The position numbers and the translations under genes are program-made. Of a stretch of DNA of 37,756 nt, positions 21,357 to 29,505 are shown in pieces. Origin of the DNA: Hydrurus foetidus (lineage: Eukaryota); NCBI GenBank assembly GCA_900617105.1, contig UYFQ01000206.1:1-37756 (forward strand). Reading direction: 5' to 3'. The notes under the pieces are model-generated. The model did no database searches and was not told the DNA's origin. It saw only the letters and a program-made list of their open reading frames with translations. Position 1 is the first letter of the stretch, and every line of letters begins with the position of its first letter.

Positions 21357-21726
21357 TCATGTTGAATTCAATTTTTGTAATCTCTCGGCTGATTGAAAGG
21401 TTGCATCAAATGCATGCCCCCACTTAATCATTGAATCTAAGATAGAAAAATAATCGTACGGTATAACATCAGTCAAAGCTTCTTGATCTGTTACCCTTGA
21501 AAACACTGCCTCTGATGACCAACGCAATCGACAAGCTACTAAATCTTTACTGATTTCATTTTCTTCGAATTGATCTCGACCTGTTAGGAAATGTAGCGTT
21601 ATTTGTGCATTAACATTCGGGTAACTCGGTGCGTCGAAATAAAATCCCCTGTCGGCCAATACCGCACCCCTTATAGGGATTTTTGCCAGTTTTGTTAGTA
21701 GCATCTCCCCCTGCATCCCCACGTAA
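21357..21726 (-). pseudogene. Transposase C-terminal part (second D and E of DDE)
   Basis: VLADRGF...HFLTGRDQF....RLRWSSEAVFSRV matches the ISL2EU/Harbinger DDE_Tnp_4 pattern (ADRGF..PFL.G..Q...R..VE....R). Confidence 0.85.
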
Positions 21727-21730
21727 GTGT

Positions 21731-21927
21731 TATAGCTCGGGATGGGAAAGGAAGAGGCGGAAGACTAGGAGTGGTAGTTAGTTACAGCTAGGAAGCTAGA
21801 AGCTAGGGTTAACTTCTACGTGGAGGCTGTAAGTGGCTACGACGATACAACAGACTGTAGTGTACGGTGGGTAGTGTACCGTAGTACTATCCGGTAGGAT
21901 CGGGACCTTGGACCCGGAACTACCACA
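21731..21927 (-). repeat. Gypsy 3 3' LTR
   Basis: Direct repeat of 27121-27317; element-sense termini TGTGGT...GCTATA. Confidence 0.95.
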
Positions 21928-21952
21928 CTACCCCCACTTATCCTTCTTTCTC
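21928..21952 (-). other. Polypurine tract
   Basis: GAGAAAGAAGGATAAGTGGGGGTAG immediately 5' of the 3' LTR on the minus strand. Confidence 0.85.
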
Positions 21953-22287
21953 AAAGAAAATCTAAACTACACTAAACTATGGCGAAACCCCCGTTTCTAT
22001 GTTTAAAAATAACAATATTTAACATAAATTATAACGGAAAACGATAACCAAAAAAATATGTACAATATTTTTTAAAAAATGTGAAATTATATACAAAAGA
22101 AATTACAAAGGGGTTTCGGAAATGGTGAGAAAGATAAGGATAAGGGAGTATGTACAAAACAGAATCGTTCTGTTGTACGAGGGTCAAACGTAATTATGTC
22201 AGATTTTTACTGACTAAAAAACCATAAAAATCCCTCGTGAGGGCAAAAATTAGGCCAAAAAATCTTCAAAAGATATTACGTTTGAGC

Positions 22288-22413
22288 TCAAACCTCGGTG
22301 GTTGATCCCTCAATATTCCTGGGAACAAAACGTGACATGTTATTGTTCCTCAGGTATGCATGGAGTGCATCACAGAGCCGGAGATTCTTCCGAGGCTCCC
22401 ATGTATTATGTGA
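22288..22413 (-). pseudogene. C-terminal remnant of integrase chromodomain
   Basis: Manual translation SHNTWEPRKNLRLCDALHAYLRNNNMSRFVP...; NTWEP..NL is the chromodomain signature. Confidence 0.8.
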
Positions 22414-22416
22414 GTG

Positions 22417-22806
22417 TGTTCTTGTTTTACCAAGACATACGACCCTATTGGAAACACTGTCAAACCGGATGTTGACTTCTTGTGTTTTTCATCACATTTA
22501 CGAAGTGAGTCGATTGCTGCATCGAGGACTTTGTCCTGTGTTTCGATTAAATCAGCAATATATGTTGAATTTGATGATGATACCAAAGGATACAACACGG
22601 AAAGGGCCTTTCCATTTAGTGTGTAATCGAGTTGGAGGATGTTCTTGTTTTACCAAGACATACGACCCTATAGGGAGCACTGTCAAACCGGATGTCGACT
22701 CTTTGTGTTTTTCATCACATTTCTGAAGTGAGTCAATTGCTGCATCGAGGACTTTGTCCTGTATCTCGATTAAATCAGCAATGTATGTTGAATTTGAAGA
22801 TGATAC
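22417..22806. repeat. 167-bp direct duplication (22417-22583 / 22640-22806), about 92% identical
   Basis: Offset 223 bp, about 13 substitutions counted by eye. Confidence 0.9.
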
Positions 22807-25800
22807 TATCGGTAACAAATGAGGTGTTAAAATCCCTCTATTCAAATCAAGTTTATCCGCGAATAGGATAGATGCTGGACTTGCACCCGTACGTTTATTA
22901 ACTGAACTATTTATAATTCGTTGTACGAACGGAATGCATTTTGCATAATGGACAAGAGACGGTGTATCGAACACCAGTCCTTTTAAATGTCTATTTATCT
23001 CTTTATTGACTCGTTCAACAATCGCATTCTCTTGAGAGGAGTAAGCTAGAGTGAGGTTATGGGGCGTACCCGTAAGATCTAAGAACTCTTTTATGAGATC
23101 ATTAGCGAAATGGGATCCACGATCCGATCTTATCATGTTTGGCGAACCGAATCGACCAAAATGTGTTAATAAATTCTCCGCTGCAGATTCGGCAGTAGCG
23201 TCCTTACACCAGAACATTTCTGTCCATCTGGAGAAGGTGTCAATTATGACGAGAATATACCCCTTATCGGGAAAAGGACCCACATAATCAATATTCAACG
23301 TATCGAAAATTGCGTGAGTAGAAGTTGAAAAATGGGCTGCATTGATTTTCGCATCAACCGCACTTAGTTTTTGACAACAAGGACAGTTCCGTATGTATGA
23401 ACGTACGTGCTGTTTCATATTTTTCCACACTTGGTTTAGACTGTAAAGTCGAGTGAGGGTTCGGTCGACACCGTTGTGACCCACAATTGCATTGTGGCAC
23501 ATCTGGATATGAAGTATTTGTTCATCTGTGGCCGGTTCGATAACCGTTAAAGCCGCCACACTTGTGGAAGAAGATGAAGATGATGATGAACAACCATCTC
23601 TGACAATTGTCAATGGTAGAGCAATTTCAGTAAGATTTGGACATAAACGTGATAGCGCATCGGCTAATTCGTTATCAGATCCTTTAACAAAATGAACGGT
23701 GAAATCGAGTTCTTGCATTGCAATGAACCACCGTGCTACCATCGAAGTAGGGTTTTGTTTCATATATGTCAAATTCATATGATCAGTATGAATAGTGAAT
23801 TTTCTATCTCGGATAAGGTAATCCAATTGTTGGCAGCAATAAAAGATAGCGTAAGCCTCCTTTTGTATTGTTGACCAATTAATCTGAGATGCAGATAGAG
23901 ATTTGCTAATAAAAGCGATTGGCTTCCATTCGTCATTAATGACTTGGAATAATACACCACCGATTCCATAATCAGATGCATCAGTATATAATCTGATGGG
24001 TGAAGTTTCATCGATGAAATACATCAATGGACAACGAGATACAGCGATCTTTGTCTCATTGAATGCGTTTGTCCCCTCGAGGGTCCAAAAAATTGGAGAG
24101 CGTTTAACCGCCTTTGGGTCCACCATCATGTGAAGTGGTTTTACCATTTCTGAGTGAAAAGGAACGAATTGACGGAAATAATTGGCTAAGCCAAGGAATC
24201 CCCGTAATGCCGTAACTTCTTTTGGAAGTGGAAAGTTGAGTACTGTCTCAATCTTTTCTTTCGACATGGATAAACCATCTTTGTCGATGACTCGTCCGAC
24301 GTATTCGATACGTTTAAGACCGAATCGGCATTTCTTTGCTTTGAGTTTAAGATTTTTAAGTCTAAATCTCTCAAAGACTTTCCTCAAGTTCAAAAGAAAC
24401 TCTGCTTCGCCCCGGCCATATACAATGCAATCGTCGAGATACATCTCGCAACAGCTGTATATGAGACCGTGAAGGACCGTTGTCACCATCTGCTCTTGAA
24501 AGTAAGAGGGGGCACGACAAGGGCCAAAAGGCAATCTTGTGAATTGAAACACCCCCATGAAACATATAAATGCCGTATAGATTCGGTGGGGTGTATATAA
24601 GGGAGCTTGATGGTAACCCGCGGTTAAATCCATCACCCCATAAATATCCGGTTTTCGATTACCGATCCTCTCAAAGAGGTGTTTGATATTTGGTAGTGGA
24701 AAGGAGGCCGGCTCAATGCATTCATTGAGTGCTCGATAATCGATGCAGGTTCGATATGTATCGGCTGTCTTATTTACCATTACAGGATGACTGTAGTATG
24801 CAGCGTTCGACCTCTCGATCACACCATCTTCCAACATCTCTTCGATAGAAGTGCGGAGATAATGTTCCTTTTTAGAGGATTGGGGTCGCACTGGTGCGTG
24901 GTTCGATGGAACCTCCCATTTCTGCCGTGGCAGGTTTATCTCAAACGGCTTGAGGTCAGCAGCTTGCGGAGCTAGCTTATCACTGAATATATCAGCGAAT
25001 TCAGAACAGAGAGTACGGAGATCGTTTTGAAGGCTTTCATCTCCTTCAAAATGAATCTGAGACAAGAAATCATCCGGCCCATTGGGCGGTACATTCCGGC
25101 ACGTCTTGTCACGCAAGAAAGGTGCGAAGGTATCAGTTTTATCATCGTCAATCTCGTCAACGGAGAGTGCGACACCGCTTGGCCATATGGCTTCCGCGTC
25201 ATAGTCTGATGTAACAGTGTCCCCAGAGGTATGTGTGAGGATGGGAATCGAGTCACCATCTAGGTGCGGGGTATCACCCGTACGTTTCGCGAGTACAGTC
25301 GAGACACTGTCCAGTCGCTCACAACCCACATCACCACATGGACTTTGGGTCGCGACTCCCTTGGTACCATCCTGGGTAACGTTACACGTGAACGTTGTAT
25401 GACAACCTGACCCTACGACTTCCTTGGTTAGAGGTGCGTGCAGAATGGCCTTCTTAGGTGTTGGCTTTGGGCAGAGACCGTATGGTTCTTTCCGATCCGA
25501 AAGTCTTGCTTTGGTGATACCCTTTAACATATCGTATGTAGGTGTAATCGACTCTACTTCCGGTTCTTCGGGTATGAAACCCTCAGATATCACACGTCTG
25601 GTGTATTTGTGCCAGTGAAGCGGGTCAAGCTTGGCTATCGCTTCCCTTTCTTCAAACTCGAGCCAACGAGCATCACACTTTCTTTTGTTCTCGGCACTAA
25701 GCTCGGGAGAAATGCCAAAAGCAGAAGGTGTTAATGACATAAAATCATATTTGTTTACAGTTTTACGACTTAACAAAAATTCGATAACCGTGTTCCTATT

Positions 25801-25809
25801 AACTCGCAA
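22552..25809 (-). CDS. pol: Gypsy pol: protease tail, RT, RNase H, integrase (1085 aa, N-truncated)
   Basis: IDYRALN, DLTAGYHQ, YLDDCIV, TDASDYGIG, ADALSR, HHCC (H-NAIVGH...CPCC), DYVGP/SDRGSHF/VERVN, KWKGPF. Confidence 0.97.
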   Translation of the reverse strand: MRVNRNTVIEFLLSRKTVNKYDFMSLTPSAFGISPELSAENKRKCDARWLEFEEREAIAKLDPLHWHKYTRRVISEGFIPEEPEVESITPTYDMLKGITKARLSDRKEPYGLCPKPTPKKAILHAPLTKEVVGSGCHTTFTCNVTQDGTKGVATQSPCGDVGCERLDSVSTVLAKRTGDTPHLDGDSIPILTHTSGDTVTSDYDAEAIWPSGVALSVDEIDDDKTDTFAPFLRDKTCRNVPPNGPDDFLSQIHFEGDESLQNDLRTLCSEFADIFSDKLAPQAADLKPFEINLPRQKWEVPSNHAPVRPQSSKKEHYLRTSIEEMLEDGVIERSNAAYYSHPVMVNKTADTYRTCIDYRALNECIEPASFPLPNIKHLFERIGNRKPDIYGVMDLTAGYHQAPLYTPHRIYTAFICFMGVFQFTRLPFGPCRAPSYFQEQMVTTVLHGLIYSCCEMYLDDCIVYGRGEAEFLLNLRKVFERFRLKNLKLKAKKCRFGLKRIEYVGRVIDKDGLSMSKEKIETVLNFPLPKEVTALRGFLGLANYFRQFVPFHSEMVKPLHMMVDPKAVKRSPIFWTLEGTNAFNETKIAVSRCPLMYFIDETSPIRLYTDASDYGIGGVLFQVINDEWKPIAFISKSLSASQINWSTIQKEAYAIFYCCQQLDYLIRDRKFTIHTDHMNLTYMKQNPTSMVARWFIAMQELDFTVHFVKGSDNELADALSRLCPNLTEIALPLTIVRDGCSSSSSSSSTSVAALTVIEPATDEQILHIQMCHNAIVGHNGVDRTLTRLYSLNQVWKNMKQHVRSYIRNCPCCQKLSAVDAKINAAHFSTSTHAIFDTLNIDYVGPFPDKGYILVIIDTFSRWTEMFWCKDATAESAAENLLTHFGRFGSPNMIRSDRGSHFANDLIKEFLDLTGTPHNLTLAYSSQENAIVERVNKEINRHLKGLVFDTPSLVHYAKCIPFVQRIINSSVNKRTGASPASILFADKLDLNRGILTPHLLPIVSSSNSTYIADLIEIQDKVLDAAIDSLQKCDEKHKESTSGLTVLPIGSYVLVKQEHPPTRLHTKWKGPFRVVSFGIIIKFNIYC

Positions 25810-27109
25810 GGTTAACGGGATAGTATGACATTCGACCTCATAAGAGGTGAATCATATAAATAGGATCGAACGTACGAGAGCCTATTGAATTCAATGTATT
25901 CCCGCGGAATATTGGTTTGTTTCGCTTTAGCACTGAGCTTTAAGCAACATGAAACCAAAGACTGTGAGGCGAAGCCATTCCACTTTTGAGTATTGCCTTG
26001 CAATTTGTTATCAGCATTATACTCGATAAGTACCTTGTTCAGTTTTTTTTTTTTAAAAAAAAAATGTTTGTATGCAATCGTCAATTCTGACGTTGATTTG
26101 ATGAAATTACATTCTGAAGAAGAATCTTTAAATCTGCAAAATGACATCTTATTTTGCAAATATACTAAACGATGACCCACCCCTATCGGGAGTCGAACCC
26201 CGAATATTGTGTGGGTGTAGAATCTGTCAAGATATTATTTTAATTCCTCAAGATATCACTAACGCGCGCGATTCAAGTGTTCTGAATGTGCGATTCATGT
26301 TACCATGACGAAAGTGCATCTAGCGAGAGGTTTTGACCTTATTTAGGTGAAAAACTGATGAAAATCAGTCGCAAACTACGATGTCGCGCTGAGTCCATAA
26401 CTCTGCATGATGATATCGCTTTTATCGAGTAATCGTTGCAAACGATTCTCTAGGATATGAGAGACAATTATGCAGAGGGGCGATCGTGTCCGCCTCCGAT
26501 TTCTCTGTGTATCTGCTGTCAAAAGACAAGCAGAAATCACCTGCTGACACAATGATATATCTCTTCGGAGAAATATGATTGTAACTCATCGAAGACAGAA
26601 GCCCCTCGTCAAAAAAATTTGCGAGAGCTTCGCCTCGTTCGCGTATCGGGTACTTTACGCAAGTAACAGCGAATGAAAGAATTTCAACCCACTCTTGTCG
26701 AGAAAAATTCTATGGCGTGAAAGCCGAATTTTGGGTGATCGAAAATTTTGTGTCCTGTTAAGGATGAAGGAAGAACTTCCTGTCGACCAAAAGACGTCCT
26801 TAGACTAATCTGATGTCGCTAGCAGTGGAACCGGTGTCCAAATTGCTATTGAAGAACTCCTTAATTTCGAGTTGGGAAGCCTCTCGCGACTTCGACCAAA
26901 AACGAACTTTTGAAGACACCTTTCGGAGGGTTTCAAGCAGGAAGCGGCTACGCCAAACTCCTGTAAACTTAAACTAAGTTCTCGGAGCTTCGGGCTCAAC
27001 GAGAAAACGACTCCTCGGAAGTCGTGGAGTGAATCTACTCCTTTGGAAGTCTATCTAAAGTTTGGGACGAGTAGAAAGGTAGAGAAAGAAGCGAAGAAGG
27101 ATGAGCGGG

Positions 27110-27121
27110 AATAGCGCTATT
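27110..27121. other. Perfect 12-bp palindrome AATAGCGCTATT at PBS position of Gypsy 3
   Basis: Read directly. The LTR boundary here is independently fixed by LTR-LTR identity and the TSD. Confidence 0.9.
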
Positions 27122-27317
27122 ATAGCTCGGGATGGGAAAGGAAGAGGCGGAAGACTAGGAGTGGTAGTTAGTTACAGCTAGGAAGCTAGAAGCTAGGGTT
27201 AACTTCTACGTGGAGGCTGTAAGTGGCTACGACGATACAACAGACTGTAGTGTACGGTGGGTAGTGTACCGTAGTACTATCCGGTAGGATCGGGACCTTG
27301 GACCCGGAACTACCACA
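27121..27317 (-). repeat. Gypsy 3 5' LTR
   Basis: Direct repeat of 21731-21927, followed by TSD GTGT. Confidence 0.95.
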
Positions 27318-27321
27318 GTGT

Positions 27322-28997
27322 CTGAACATTTCGTCTCTTAAAGGCTTCTGATGTTTTCCATAGTAAGAAAGTATATAATTGCTCAAAGATTTGTTCTTGT
27401 ATGCTTCATCTAGTTTCTCGTGTATAGTTGACTGCTCCAATTTACAAGTGCTTGATTAATTAGGACCTTGCCTTAAAAGATGATCATTCATTTCTTTTAT
27501 CTGTTTTGCAGAGTATTTCTTGCCTGATTGTGTTCTTATCTCACGATCTCTCATCCTTTGTAAGAAGTCGATTGACCTACTCGCCAGACTTATTGTTTGC
27601 ACACTATCATCTGCATCCGCTTCTGCTTCCTAAAGTGCATCATTTACGTCTTCATTATCAGCGTCTAAAACAATGTCGTCATCAGCACCTCGAGCCTTCT
27701 TCTCTTATCGCAGCTGTTAATATTATACTTCGGTCCTTATAGCTCTTTGTTTTTGTAAATGACATGTTAGGGACATCTATCTCTGGAGCCTTTGTAAGGG
27801 GTACTGTCCCATGATAAGATCCCCACAATGACACTATAGCACTCTCTGTTGCCCTTCCAAGAAATAGAGGACTCACTTCGACAATCAGTCCAGCTGGCGT
27901 AGACCATGTTATCAGTCTACCTGCTGAGTGGTTCACTTTATCCGACCACGTTGCTCGCTTTATAGCACTGTCCTTTTTCGGATCGTTTAACATAAAGTCC
28001 TTTCCATCCACCAAAACTGCGGGAAGTTGTAAGTCGGGAAATAGAATGACGCAGTATATTTTATACTCATTGAAAATCTTGAACCCAAAAAGAGGATTGC
28101 TGAATGATGGGTGAAGAGTATGCCAAGAGTCTGCCAATACGGTGCAGCGCTGTATACCATTCGAGAAGTTCTTGTTTTTTTCTATGTGTTTGTCAATAAT
28201 TGCATCAGATGCGACACGCTCAGCTATCAAAGTATCTTCCACTGTTCGTAGTGATGTAGTAACCTCTGACAATTGTACTTGTAGTTCGGCTATTTTTACC
28301 TTCATCTCTTTCAGCATCGCCTTTAACAGTTTTTCCTGTATTTCCGTAAAAGTGGCACGTACAGCATTATCAGCATCTTGCCTCTCCTGAACTTTCAAGG
28401 CGTTGAGGGTTATGAGCTCCTCCTCCCTAACGCTAGCTTCCGCTGCCATTCTAATCGCAGCCTTAGAACTGCTACTTAATCTAGTCAGCCGAGCCCTGTG
28501 CTATCTTCTCATTCTCTATGATCGTTAGATAGCTCAGTGCTGAATTGTATGTGCAGTTTGGTAGCGCGTAGAAGTTGTTAGATCCAGCTATACGATCGAT
28601 GGCTGTCATTCCTATTTCCAATCCTAATTGACTGTCGATTGCGCTTATAAAATGCTGTTTGGGACCCCTTTTGGCGTTTTCAGACAGCAGTACAGGAGAA
28701 AAGTGACTGAGAGCGACATTCAAATGTTTTTAGGGTCAAATTCATTTATCCTCCAGAAAAGACATGGCGTATGTAACCATTAAGCAACCCAGATTTAAAT
28801 ACAGAGTTCTTTGTCTCTTTTTTTTGACGTAACGCGCGGGATATAAGCATATCCGACCCTGTATGAAATTGAGCCAATGCATTGTCAAAAATATGGACTC
28901 CGAAGAATTGGTTTACATCACATAGATGACCAGAAAAGAAGGATTTTAGTGCAACTAACATATTGGGAGCTCCAGCAGCTTCTGTATGTCTGCGCAT
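27322..28997 (-). pseudogene. Transposase N-terminal and central part (coiled coil, first catalytic D), fragmented
   Basis: ORF 27682-28449 has VLVDGKDF..P..RATWSDKVNH...STPAGLIVEVSPLFLGRATE, matching DDE_Tnp_4 (D..tyS.K....P.G.I..vS....GR.SD). Upstream fragments 28481-28723 and 28746-28997 are on the same strand. Confidence 0.8.
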
Positions 28998-29055
28998 CTA
29001 TCACTATTGAAGCAGCAACATCGCCTACTTGATATTCTCAACGAGATTATGTATC

Positions 29056-29275
29056 GGGAAAATTGACTAGATTCGATGCTGGGGTCCAGTAGAAAAATAT
29101 CACGACAGTTTGCTCAAACTGTCCTTGTTGTAGCACAAAAATTTCTACTGTCGCAGCAGCGATATTGGTGTAGTTTGAGAGTGATATGTGCGATGCTCGA
29201 GTGTGATCGACCATCGAGATTACTGTACACTGCGGATTTTGGACTTCGCCGCGCAATTTTTGCAACCGACACGCC
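29056..29275 (-). repeat. Right TIR (220 bp)
   Basis: Reverse complement of 19149-19368. Confidence 0.95.
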
Positions 29276-29505
29276 TTATTGCGTATGTAAAAGTAACAAT
29301 TGGCTGAAATTATCACGACGAATTCCAAAATCATCTACATCAATTTTGAATACTCATCAAAAACTTTTTACACTTCGTGATTCGGTAATTTTTCTCTGGA
29401 TTCGGTACTGTGTTCTGTCTTCTCACAACAACTTTGACTGCGTTCAGCTTTCAGCCTTTGATCTGTGAATGCAAGCAGCGTTCAATCACAATCACCTCTT
29501 ATTCC

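Larger units (their letters stand above)
21731..27317 (-). mobile_element. Ty3/Gypsy (chromovirus-like) element 3, gag/PR-deleted, nested in the transposase gene
   Basis: Two 197-bp LTRs with no difference that I could find. 4-bp TSD GTGT (21727-21730, 27318-27321). PPT present. RT-RH-IN ORF. Confidence 0.95.
19149..29275. mobile_element. PIF/Harbinger-ISL2EU-type DNA transposon (~4.5 kb without the nested Gypsy), two convergent genes, degenerate
   Basis: 220-bp TIRs with GGCG...CGCC termini. DDE_Tnp_4-like transposase on minus, EXO1/XPG-SAP-SWIM gene on plus. Flanks TAA and TTA. Confidence 0.9.

Noticed and set aside
26150..26300. Complete tRNA gene
   Set aside because: Only a T-arm-like hairpin is visible; no cloverleaf could be built.
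19121..29468. Near-identical ORF pairs (19121-19348 vs 29076-29468; 19159 N-terminus vs 29047-29334)
   Set aside because: Translations of the 220-bp TIRs. The real nuclease start is the ATG at 19411.
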